Under the pieces are notes generated by a model. That model was not told the DNA's origin. It was given only the letters and a program-made list of their open reading frames with translations, and made no database searches. From positions 1 to 52,348 of the forward strand of contig CAJXLE010000001.1 of NCBI GenBank assembly GCA_913055895.1: DNA of 52,348 nt, read 5' to 3'. A program made the position numbers and the translations under genes. Below are positions 36,361-44,800 of the stretch, piece after piece (the first letter of the stretch is position 1; each line of letters opens with the position of its first letter). The DNA is from an uncultured Bacteroidota bacterium. Lineage in GTDB: Bacteria > Bacteroidota > Bacteroidia > Bacteroidales > UBA12077.

Positions 36361-37203
36361 ATGAGATGCCGTTTTTTTCTTCCCCCGCCAGAGCTTAGGC
36401 CATATATCAGGGCTTATTTATGGTATCACAACAAAACCAACGGCAGGACACAACCCATCAAGTTTCTTCCCAGTGGCTTCCCTTATCTCATCTTCAACCT
36501 GGGCGATCCCTTCCTGGTCCACAACCAGTCCCATCCCCGGGGCAGGAATGATGGTGGCAACCAGCTGGTGGGACAACAGGAATCTTACTATTTACTGACC
36601 CCGGGAGAGGAGTATTCCCATTTCTGCATCATCTTCCAGCCGGGAGGGCTGAGCCGCCTGATGGGCCTGCCGGTGCATGAATTGCTTAATGATGCGGCGA
36701 GCCTGGGTGATTTCACGACCACCACACTGGAGGAAGTTTTCGACCGGTTCCGCGAAGGCCTGCTCTCCCCGGGACAATTGCTGCGTCGTGTAAACGGATG
36801 GTTCCATCAGCGTTTGTTGTATTGCCGGAACGACTATTTGTATGTCGAGTACACCCTGGATCACATCCGCCAGAGGAATGGCCTGGTATCTGTGGAAGAG
36901 CTGGCTGTCCTGTCGAACACCTGCACGAGGAACTACCGGCGCCGTTTCCTGGAGATCACTGGCATTGCCCCCAAGAAGTTTCTGCTGATCACCCGTTTGC
37001 GCAAAATATTGAGTTCCCTGGAGTGCAACGAGCCGCTGCCGGTTGACTGGAGTGAGATTGTTTACCGTTCGGGTTATTATGACCAGATGCATTTCATCAA
37101 GGAGTTCAAAAAGTTCTGCGGCGAGACCCCTTCGGCGTATCTCGATGATTACCGGGGTTCCCGTCAGTTGCTTGAGCGCTACCTGCTGAGCCTCGTGGAC
37201 TGA
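36361..37203 (+). CDS. AraC family transcriptional regulator
   Basis: 280-aa ORF with a C-terminal double HTH, including the signature YYDQMHFIKEFKKFCGETPSAY. Confidence 0.85.
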   Translation: MRCRFFLPPPELRPYIRAYLWYHNKTNGRTQPIKFLPSGFPYLIFNLGDPFLVHNQSHPRGRNDGGNQLVGQQESYYLLTPGEEYSHFCIIFQPGGLSRLMGLPVHELLNDAASLGDFTTTTLEEVFDRFREGLLSPGQLLRRVNGWFHQRLLYCRNDYLYVEYTLDHIRQRNGLVSVEELAVLSNTCTRNYRRRFLEITGIAPKKFLLITRLRKILSSLECNEPLPVDWSEIVYRSGYYDQMHFIKEFKKFCGETPSAYLDDYRGSRQLLERYLLSLVD

Positions 37204-37368
37204 GATCATCCGGCGGGGTGCCCTGCCCATCGGCTGTCTTTCCTTATCGGCTGTCTGATTTTTCCGCAAGGGCAGGTTGTCCGATTTTTACTATCAGAAA
37301 AACAGGCTGCTGGATATTTTTATTTCCAGTTTGAATCAACAGTTCGTGAACCACTAAAAAATGATGCT

Positions 37369-39306
37369 ATGAAAAAGATTTTTCATTTATTGCCTGTTTT
37401 GCTCCTGTCTTTTTTCCTTATTCAGTGTGAAGAAGCTGAGAAGCTGGTCGAAGACAACAAGGATGAGGAAGTTCCTTATCCCACAGCCTGTTTTACCGCG
37501 CCCGACGGTATATATGTGGGGGTCGAAGCCACGTTCAGTGCTTCCTGCTCGCAGGATGCAGAAAGTTATGCCTGGGAATTTGGTGACGGCAGCACAGCTT
37601 CCGGTCAGCAGGTGACCCACACCTTCAGCACGGCCGGGGATTATGAGATCACACTTACCGTTTCCAATGCCGGCGGGGAGGATGAGACATCTGAAAACGT
37701 CTCCGCCGTCCGTGAAGATGTGGTGTATGTTTCCGACAACATCACCTCGGACGTCACCTGGCAGGCGGGATATTATTATATCGTCACCCGGTCGGTCGAC
37801 GTGGATGCCGTCCTGACCATTGAGCCCGGGGCCATTGTCAAATTCGAAGAAGGTGTCTGCATGGATTGTGTGGATGGCAGGATCGTAGCGGCAGGATTGG
37901 CCGAAACACCCATCATCTTCACTTCATACCGCGATGATGTGGGCGATGACACCAACGGCGACGGCAATGGTACTTTCCCGTCTCCCGGCGACTGGGGCTA
38001 TATATACATCGGCGGCACCAACAACGCTTCGGCTTTTACCCATTGCCGCTTCTCCTACGGGGGCGGTTACAACAACTACGATTTTGTGCTGGAGCTGGCG
38101 TCATCCAACACCACGGTAGCCAACTGTACTTTCTTTTCCAACAAGGCCGAACATTACGGAGCGCTGAATGCTTCAGATGCCGGCGAAAATGTGGCCATCA
38201 CCGGCAACACCTTCTTCGGCAACAACAAACCCCTGATGATCAATGGTTATATCAGCCTGGATGATTCAAACATCTTTGTGAACCCCGATGATGCCAGCCA
38301 GATCAACGTTCACAACGCGGTTTATTATAGCGGAAACTACGGGAAGGTGAAAGGCGATGTGACCTGGGCTGAGACGGATGTGCCATTTGTGGTGACCGAC
38401 GGGGCCACCGTAACCGTGGAGTCGGGCCATTCACTGACCCTTGCCCCGGGCGTGGTGGTGAAATTTTTACCGGGTGAAGGCATGGATGCCGACGAGGGTC
38501 TCGTGCTGGCCAGGGGCACCGATGCAGAGCCCATCGTCTTCACCTCCCTGCACGACGATGCCTTTGGCGGAGATACCGGGAATGATGGCGACCAGGTGGA
38601 GCCCATGCCCGGCGACTGGAATCATGTACTGGTGTCCGGCACCAACAACACTTCTGAATTTGAGTATTGCCGGTTTTATTACGGGGGTGGCTATTACGAT
38701 TATGATTATGTGGTGGAGCTGACCTCCAACAACACGGTAATCGACCACTGCACCTTTGCCTACAACAAAGGCAGCAACTATGGTGCTCTTAGCGCCCGCA
38801 GTGCCGGGAGTGCCACCCAAATCACCAACAACATTTTTTACAGCAATGTGATACCCCTCCAGATCAGCGGTTACCTCGACATGGATGATTCCAACACCTT
38901 TCATCAGCCCGGCAATCCTGCTGTCACCAACGAGCGCAACGGCATTTTTGTCGTGGGCAACTGGGGCGAGATATCCGGCAACCGCAGCTGGGAGGAAACG
39001 GAAGTGCCTTTTGTATTTCCCGAAGATTACTATGACTTGAAGGTTGTCTCCGGAAGTTCCCTCACCCTGGCGGAGGATGTGGTGATCAAATTTGGCGCAG
39101 GCCGGGCTGTGGTTCATCACAACAACCTTTACAATTACAACGGGGCAGGGGTCTTCTTCACTTCCATGAGGGATGACAGCAAGTGCGGCGATACGAACGG
39201 CGACGGCACGCAGACCTGTGCTGTGACGGGTGATTGGGATGGCGTTTACAACGATGCCTCGGATAATTATGAGAGCTGGTCGAACATCCTGTTCTCACAA
39301 TATTAG
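37369..39306 (+). CDS. lipoprotein with a PKD domain followed by 207-aa tandem repeats (beta-helix-like)
   Basis: The signal/lipobox LLLSFFLIQC is followed by an acidic stretch (EEAEKLVEDNKDEE). PKD-like block: WEFGDGSTASGQQVTHTFSTAGDYEITLTVSN. FTS anchors occur at aa 184, 391 and 598, an exact 207-aa period. Confidence 0.85.
   Translation: MKKIFHLLPVLLLSFFLIQCEEAEKLVEDNKDEEVPYPTACFTAPDGIYVGVEATFSASCSQDAESYAWEFGDGSTASGQQVTHTFSTAGDYEITLTVSNAGGEDETSENVSAVREDVVYVSDNITSDVTWQAGYYYIVTRSVDVDAVLTIEPGAIVKFEEGVCMDCVDGRIVAAGLAETPIIFTSYRDDVGDDTNGDGNGTFPSPGDWGYIYIGGTNNASAFTHCRFSYGGGYNNYDFVLELASSNTTVANCTFFSNKAEHYGALNASDAGENVAITGNTFFGNNKPLMINGYISLDDSNIFVNPDDASQINVHNAVYYSGNYGKVKGDVTWAETDVPFVVTDGATVTVESGHSLTLAPGVVVKFLPGEGMDADEGLVLARGTDAEPIVFTSLHDDAFGGDTGNDGDQVEPMPGDWNHVLVSGTNNTSEFEYCRFYYGGGYYDYDYVVELTSNNTVIDHCTFAYNKGSNYGALSARSAGSATQITNNIFYSNVIPLQISGYLDMDDSNTFHQPGNPAVTNERNGIFVVGNWGEISGNRSWEETEVPFVFPEDYYDLKVVSGSSLTLAEDVVIKFGAGRAVVHHNNLYNYNGAGVFFTSMRDDSKCGDTNGDGTQTCAVTGDWDGVYNDASDNYESWSNILFSQY
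37918..39159 (+). repeat. two 621-nt tandem coding repeats inside the lipoprotein gene (plus a truncated third copy to 39306)
   Basis: Repeat units aa 184-390 and 391-597 align along their length. Shared blocks are PGDW, GTNN, CRF.YGGGY, YGAL, DDSN, W.ET.VPFV and SLTLA..VV.KF. Confidence 0.8.
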
Positions 39307-39462
39307 GGGGTGGTGTAGGTGTTGCACAAACGAACACCCTTGTGCATCAAAACCGGACAGTTTCAGTCCCCCGGCATCATTCCGAAGACGGGGGATTGGT
39401 TGATATTCAGTTTACTGCGTTCTTTGGCATGGTGCTTGAAATTCTTTAAAAAATGCGGAATT

Positions 39463-41811
39463 ATGATACGCAACTACCTCAAAGCTGCATTTAGGAGCCT
39501 TTCCAGGAACAAGGTGCACAGCCTGATCATCATATTGGGTTTGGCCGTTGGATTGGCAGCTGTTTTTATCATAGCCATCTTTTTAAAGCATGAATACAGT
39601 TTCGACCGTTTCTTTGAAGATTCGGAAAAGATCTATCGTGTGGTGACGGTCCTGGAGCGCGACGGAAGCCAGTCGCCTCACACTTTTGAGGATGTGGCAA
39701 TTGCCACGAAAGAAACTGTGCCGGGAATAGAAGCCGCTACGCGCTTCTATGCATATGACCATCTTGAAGTGCGACGAAATTCTGATTTGATGGGTGATTA
39801 TAAGGCTTTGTACGGCGATTCATCCTTTTTTAGTGTTTTCTCCCTCGACCTTTTGCGGGGCAAACCCACCGCCAGACTCAGCAAAAAGGGGGCTGTGGTG
39901 CTTACCAGGAGCATGAAGGAACGTTTGTTTGACAATGAACCGGCATTGAACCAGGTGCTGCAGATGGATGAGCAGGATTATACCGTGGTGGGCATCATGG
40001 AGGATGTGCCTTCCAACTGCCACATTCAGTTCGACATGCTGCTTTCTTTCTCCTCGCTGAGCGAATCCTTCCGTCGCTCGAATGCAGTCGATTACCCCAC
40101 CTATTTCCGGTTTGATGATGTTCCTGCCCGCCATACAAAGGATCGGGTAAATGCTTTTGTTGCCCGATGGGTCAACAAGAAATTTGAGGGCTACGATGTC
40201 ACCGTTCAGCCCAGGCTGCAGCCAATGGAAGACATACACATGGGTGAAACCATCCAGCGGGATTATGCCGTCACGGGCGACCGCAGCCAGATGGTCATCT
40301 TCTCGGTGGTGGCCATCATCATCCTGGTGATTGCCGTGTTCAACTTTGTCAACCTTTTTACGGCCCGGTCTGAATCACGACTAAAAGAGGTGGGCATCCG
40401 CAAGGTGATCGGCAGCCGGCGCCGGCAGCTCATCCGTCAGTTCCTGGGGGAGTCGGCCCTGGTTGGTGTGGCGGCCTTCGGGGTGGCCATGGCGCTGGTC
40501 GAGACTTTCCTTCCGCATTTCTTTGATCTGCTGCGGGTGGATTTTGAATGGTCGTACCCTTCGGCCTGGGGCATGATAGCCGTCTTTTTCCTGTTCACCA
40601 TCCTGGTGGGTATGGCATCGGCATGGTATCCCGCGCTGTATGTCTCCTCCTTCAACCCGGTCAGGATTTTTCATGGATCTTTTCCCGGCACGTCGCCGGG
40701 CAAGCCCTTGCGTACCGGACTGGTCATCCTGCAGTTCACCCTTTCCATTGGTCTGATCACCAGCATCATCACCCTTTACAGCCAGGTGCAGTATATGAAG
40801 AACAAGGATATGGGCATCGACCGCGAGCACACGGCTTACTTCTACAACCTTTCTTCTTCCATTAAACAGCAGTATGAGTCCATACGCGGCGAGCTGCTGA
40901 GCAACCCGCGCATCAAGGCTGTTACAGCATCCATGTCGATACCTGCAGGAAGCAGGAGCCCCATGTCCATGCGCCGGCCCGAGCAGGATCCGGCTGCAGC
41001 CTTCAACTGTAAGGAGAACAGGGTTCAGCCGGGGTTTCTTGACACCTATGGCATTGAACTGTTAAGGGGAAAGGATTTTACCTCGCCCCATGATTCGAAG
41101 GATATACTGATCAATGAGACAGCAGCCCGCAAGCTGGGCTTTGACGATCCCCTGGGCAAGGAGGTGGTCCTGTGGCAACGACGTTGCCGGATCATTGGTG
41201 TGGTGAAGGATTATCATTTCCGCTCCCTTCACCGGCCCATCGAACCCCTGGCTTTGAGTCACTATTACGACCTGAAGCAAAACATCTCTGTTCGCGCAGC
41301 AGGCGGGTTTGACACCAACACCCTGGATTACATCGAAGAAGTGTTTCTCCGGCACGACCCGGGATATACTTTCCGCTACAACTTTGTGGATGATGTTTTT
41401 TCCAGCCTTTATGGCCGGGAAGACAGACTCAACACCCTGATCCTGGTGGCAGCCTTTCTGGGCATTGTCCTGTCGGTGATCGGACTCTATGCCTTTGTAT
41501 CACTGATACTGAGCAAGAGGATCAAGGAGATGGGCATACGTAAGGCTTTCGGTGCTTCTACCGGCAGACTGTTAGGAAGCATGGCATCTGCGCTGTTGGT
41601 GTGGATTGCCATATCAGCAGCCCTGGGCTGGTCGCTGGCTTATTTGTTTACCAGCGACTGGCTGGCCAACTTTCCGTTTCGCATTGAGCTGCAATGGTGG
41701 ATGTTTGTGGCATCAGGACTGACTGTTACCGTTTTGGCCGCTATGGCTGTGACGGGAAAGATCCTCAGCCTGGCCCGTGTACGTCCGGCGCACATACTGA
41801 GGTATGAATAA
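39463..41811 (+). CDS. FtsX/MacB-type ABC transporter permease (paralog of 32612-35074)
   Basis: The N-terminus MIRNYLKAAFRSLSRNKVHSLIIILGLAVG (ATG at 39463) parallels the other permease. It has two FtsX modules and no adjacent ATPase. Confidence 0.85.
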   Translation: MIRNYLKAAFRSLSRNKVHSLIIILGLAVGLAAVFIIAIFLKHEYSFDRFFEDSEKIYRVVTVLERDGSQSPHTFEDVAIATKETVPGIEAATRFYAYDHLEVRRNSDLMGDYKALYGDSSFFSVFSLDLLRGKPTARLSKKGAVVLTRSMKERLFDNEPALNQVLQMDEQDYTVVGIMEDVPSNCHIQFDMLLSFSSLSESFRRSNAVDYPTYFRFDDVPARHTKDRVNAFVARWVNKKFEGYDVTVQPRLQPMEDIHMGETIQRDYAVTGDRSQMVIFSVVAIIILVIAVFNFVNLFTARSESRLKEVGIRKVIGSRRRQLIRQFLGESALVGVAAFGVAMALVETFLPHFFDLLRVDFEWSYPSAWGMIAVFFLFTILVGMASAWYPALYVSSFNPVRIFHGSFPGTSPGKPLRTGLVILQFTLSIGLITSIITLYSQVQYMKNKDMGIDREHTAYFYNLSSSIKQQYESIRGELLSNPRIKAVTASMSIPAGSRSPMSMRRPEQDPAAAFNCKENRVQPGFLDTYGIELLRGKDFTSPHDSKDILINETAARKLGFDDPLGKEVVLWQRRCRIIGVVKDYHFRSLHRPIEPLALSHYYDLKQNISVRAAGGFDTNTLDYIEEVFLRHDPGYTFRYNFVDDVFSSLYGREDRLNTLILVAAFLGIVLSVIGLYAFVSLILSKRIKEMGIRKAFGASTGRLLGSMASALLVWIAISAALGWSLAYLFTSDWLANFPFRIELQWWMFVASGLTVTVLAAMAVTGKILSLARVRPAHILRYE

Positions 41812-41831
41812 AAACCGGCGGCTGCCGCGTT

Positions 41832-42287
41832 CTATTCTCTGATCACTTTTACATTGTTGGCATTGGGGCCTTTTTTGCCCTGTATGATTTCGAAGTGGAC
41901 CGCGTTGCCTTCGCTGACCTCTTCGGTCACGCCACTGACATGGAAGAAGATGCTTTCGCCGTTGGCGGCATCGCGTATGAAACCAAAACCTTTGGATTCG
42001 TTGTAAAAGGTAATCGTTCCCTTGTGCACGGGATCCACTTCCTCTTCTCTGGGTCCTTTGGGCACACTTACATCTATGTCTTCGGGGTTGGTCTCCTCTT
42101 TTTCCTGTTCATCAGGGGGAGTGTCGGAGAGTGAGCCGTCCTCGTTGACATAGGCAATCATGTCGTCGAGGCTGTTGGACTTTTTGTTGTCCTTGCGTTC
42201 TTCGCGCTTTTGAGCTTTCTCTTTTTTCTTTTTCTCTTTTTTACTGCGTACTTCTTTCTTTTTGTTGGTCTCTTGTGATCTACCCAT
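41832..42287 (-). CDS. long cold-shock-domain protein with Lys/Glu-rich N-terminal extension
   Basis: The C-terminal CSD reads KGTITFYNESKGFGFIRDAANGESIFFHVSG. The N-terminus MGRSQETNKKKEVRSKKEKKKKEKAQKREERKDNKK matches my recollection of a Bacteroidota-wide ~150-aa CSD family, so I take the second ATG (42287). Confidence 0.8.
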   Translation of the reverse strand: MGRSQETNKKKEVRSKKEKKKKEKAQKREERKDNKKSNSLDDMIAYVNEDGSLSDTPPDEQEKEETNPEDIDVSVPKGPREEEVDPVHKGTITFYNESKGFGFIRDAANGESIFFHVSGVTEEVSEGNAVHFEIIQGKKGPNANNVKVIRE

Positions 42288-42499
42288 AAGCAAAATCTCC
42301 TTTTTTGGTTTGTAATTGAAGGTCTTCCTATTTCTCTTTGAGCCGTCTTCAGGTGAATGGTCAATGGATGTTCAGGCCTGGTGAAAAGGAAGGGTGTCCT
42401 GGTTTTGCAAATCGGGATTTAATAATGAGAGCAGTAATAACTAACGGTGGTGTTTGCGATTAGCCAGGGAGAGCTCAAATCGTCAAATCAGGATTTTTA

Positions 42500-42507
42500 C
42501 AAAGGTA
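42500..42507 (-). promoter_or_regulatory. candidate Bacteroidota -7 promoter element (TAnnTTTG) for the cold-shock gene
   Basis: The minus strand reads TACCTTTG about 205 nt upstream of the ATG. I found no clear -33 TTTG partner. Confidence 0.2.
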
Positions 42508-42692
42508 CAAATCTATTTCCGGTTGCCCTCCTTTTTTTTATGATTTATTTTGTTTTTTGCGTTTTTCAGTTTTGCCTTTTTTTGAGAATTAGGAGTTCAC
42601 AGGTTTATTCATTTCTTTGAACGTTTTCTTCTGGATCTCTTCTGATTTTCTTTTAGGTCTCTTTTACCGGTTGGAAGGGGATTTATCAAAAA

Positions 42693-42711
42693 CCCCCGCC
42701 AGGGGCGGGGG
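42693..42711 (-). terminator. rho-independent terminator of the coiled-coil lipoprotein gene
   Basis: The minus strand reads CCCCCGCC-CCT-GGCGGGGG followed by TTTTTG. It lies 31 nt after the stop at 42742. Confidence 0.8.
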
Positions 42712-42741
42712 TTGATGTTTGTGTTGTAGTAAATCGATTGA

Positions 42742-43620
42742 TTAATAGGATATGACCAGGTACTTGGTGGACCTCCAGAATTGCTCTGAATCGGTGATGG
42801 TCAGGGTGGTGGTGCCGTCGGACTCTTCCAGCTTATAGGCATTTTGGGGCTGCGGGGTGACCACCTCTACTTTTCTTTTGGCGGCCTCGATGGTGATCTT
42901 CTGTTCGTCGGGAATGTCGAATGTTTCAAAATCTTCCTGGTTGAAATCGGGATTCAGTGAAGCCGTTTGACCCAGGAAGCCGAGGAACCCGCCTTTCTTG
43001 ATGATCACATCGTTCTCCTGCAGCTCTTTTTCGGCACCCACTGCCACGTAGCCGGTGTTCATCACCCTGTTTTTCTTGTGGAGCGACTCCAGGTATTTCT
43101 TGTTTTCTTTCCTGAGCCGTGCAAGCGCCGTATCTTTTTTATACAGCTCGTTGGACATCTCTTTGATTTTTTGGGCCTTGCCTGTCAGGTCCTTGTTGAT
43201 TGCCCTAATGGAGTCTTCATAATGGCTGATCTTCTCTTCCAGGTCGTATACCTGTTTTTTATATTTCACAGCCTGGGAACGTGCAGCCCTCAGGTCAGCT
43301 TGTAGGTCTTTTGTTTCCTTTCCGCTTGTCTGTACCATTTCTTTCAACCGGTTCAGGCGTTGTTTCATTTGTTCGCCAGGCACCTTGTCCAGGTTGGCCT
43401 GGTCCACATCGCCCTGATTATCGATGATCAGCTGCAGGCTTTGTTCGATCTGGGTGTTGGTCTGCTTGAGTTCTTCGATGGTTTGATTTTTCTGTTCAAT
43501 TTGTTGGTTGAGCTTTTCATTTTGCTGGCGCAGGTTTTCAAGCTCCTCCTTGTTGCATCCGGTGCTGACCACCATCAGTCCGATCGTCAGCATGATGATT
43601 GTATTACGTAACATATTCAT
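42742..43620 (-). CDS. coiled-coil lipoprotein
   Basis: The lipobox is LMVVSTGC. About 180 aa of heptad-like Gln/Glu/Lys-rich sequence are followed by a globular C-terminal domain. Confidence 0.75.
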   Translation of the reverse strand: MNMLRNTIIMLTIGLMVVSTGCNKEELENLRQQNEKLNQQIEQKNQTIEELKQTNTQIEQSLQLIIDNQGDVDQANLDKVPGEQMKQRLNRLKEMVQTSGKETKDLQADLRAARSQAVKYKKQVYDLEEKISHYEDSIRAINKDLTGKAQKIKEMSNELYKKDTALARLRKENKKYLESLHKKNRVMNTGYVAVGAEKELQENDVIIKKGGFLGFLGQTASLNPDFNQEDFETFDIPDEQKITIEAAKRKVEVVTPQPQNAYKLEESDGTTTLTITDSEQFWRSTKYLVISY

Positions 43621-43917
43621 TTCCTCCTTCTATTTGGTTTGGGTTGGGGTTTGGTTTAGGATTTATTTTGTTCGCTTTCGCATTGCTAACTCAAATTTAA
43701 GCAATTGTTGCCGATTTTAAAAGGAAAGAATGTTATAATATGTTAATGGCGGACGAGGAAATTCTTTTATAGTGAACAGTTTGAATGGAATTCGGGTCCC
43801 GGAGGGACAAACCGAAACTGAAGAACTGCTTAAAGGGCAATGGATAGTATATTTGTATGGAGGGATAATATCTAAGTATGGGATGGATGGAGATGTGTCG
43901 TTGGATGACAAAAAAAA

Positions 43918-43945
43918 GAAGGCGAAGCCCGTTGGCCCCGCCTTC
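43918..43945 (-). terminator. rho-independent terminator of the thioredoxin-fold gene
   Basis: The minus strand reads GAAGGCGGGGCCAACGGGCTTCGCCTTC (7-bp outer stem plus inner pairs) followed by TTTTTTTT. Confidence 0.7.
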
Positions 43946-43982
43946 GATGCTTACAGGACTGGCAGCCTGCTTAACATACCCG

Positions 43983-44387
43983 CTAGTCCGATGTTGCTGA
44001 TCGCACAGCCGCTGTAAGCTTCTTATTGGATTTTTTCACACTGATGGTGCTGATCAGCTCTTTGGAGCTGGCATCGAAGAAATAGACAACGCCGGTGCTG
44101 TTTTCGGATTTCATCTTTTCATACAACCCGTGTTCCTTTAGTTTGGCGGTTGTTTTTTTCTTGGTCTCGTCGTTGGTCAGGTCGTTGCCGATGAATTTTA
44201 TAGCGCCGTCTTCGTTGCTTGACTTCAGGGCTTTCATGGCCCTTTCGCCGTTGTTTTCACAGACGGGACACCAGTCGGCTTTGTTGACCACGGCCAGCAC
44301 ATCGGCCTGGCTGCATTGTGCCATGGCTGATGTCGTGAAAAGCACGAGCATCAGGATCGAGGTGAGAATTGATTTTTTGTGTAACAT
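43983..44387 (-). CDS. secreted thioredoxin-fold protein (CxxC)
   Basis: Signal peptide ILMLVLFTTSAMAQ and the redox motif WCPVC. I take the ATG at 44387 (MLHKKS). Confidence 0.7.
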   Translation of the reverse strand: MLHKKSILTSILMLVLFTTSAMAQCSQADVLAVVNKADWCPVCENNGERAMKALKSSNEDGAIKFIGNDLTNDETKKKTTAKLKEHGLYEKMKSENSTGVVYFFDASSKELISTISVKKSNKKLTAAVRSATSD

Positions 44388-44505
44388 GGTTTTGTTGGTT
44401 TTTGTGTAACAATGGTTTGTAGGGTAGTCGGCCGTCTCCTCCAATCCTTACAGAGAAAATTGAAAATTTTTGTTTTCATCCAAATGCCGTCGCCTTAATC
44501 GGCTA

Positions 44506-44586
44506 TGTCGGCTTCATCATCCTATTGGTCACTATATTTTGTCGGCTTTCACCATCCGCATTTCGTTTATCATATTCTGTCGGTTT
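44506..44586 (+). promoter_or_regulatory. three direct repeats TGTCGG(C/T)TT in a divergent intergenic region
   Basis: Copies start at 44506, 44540 and 44578 (spacing 34 and 38 nt). The first two extend to TGTCGGCTT(T)CA(T/C)CATCC. Degenerate copies lie near 44653 and 44696. Confidence 0.4.
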
Positions 44587-44800
44587 TTACCCTTTTGCCT
44601 GGCATTTCATTCATATTCCGTCCCTCCTCCTCAATACATTCCTCGCCAACCCATATCGTTGGCTTTTAGCTTTCATTTAATATATCGTGGCGCTCTATGT
44701 CTGGCATCTCTTGACTCGTTGCCATCAGAAACACTTGTTTCCTTTAAATCACCATTATTCCCCATTTATTTCTAAATTTGTCTTTAAATCGAAGGTCGCG

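Noticed and set aside
41812-41831. Possible bidirectional terminator between the FtsX gene and the cold-shock gene
   Set aside because: Only a 4-bp CGGC/GCCG stem can be drawn in the 20-nt gap, which is too weak to report.
44470-44775. 101-aa plus-strand ORF in the spacer upstream of the methyltransferase
   Set aside because: It is Phe/Ser/Leu/Pro-rich and coincides with the direct-repeat array. It runs in a different frame into the longer 44687 ORF extension. It is more likely regulatory DNA.
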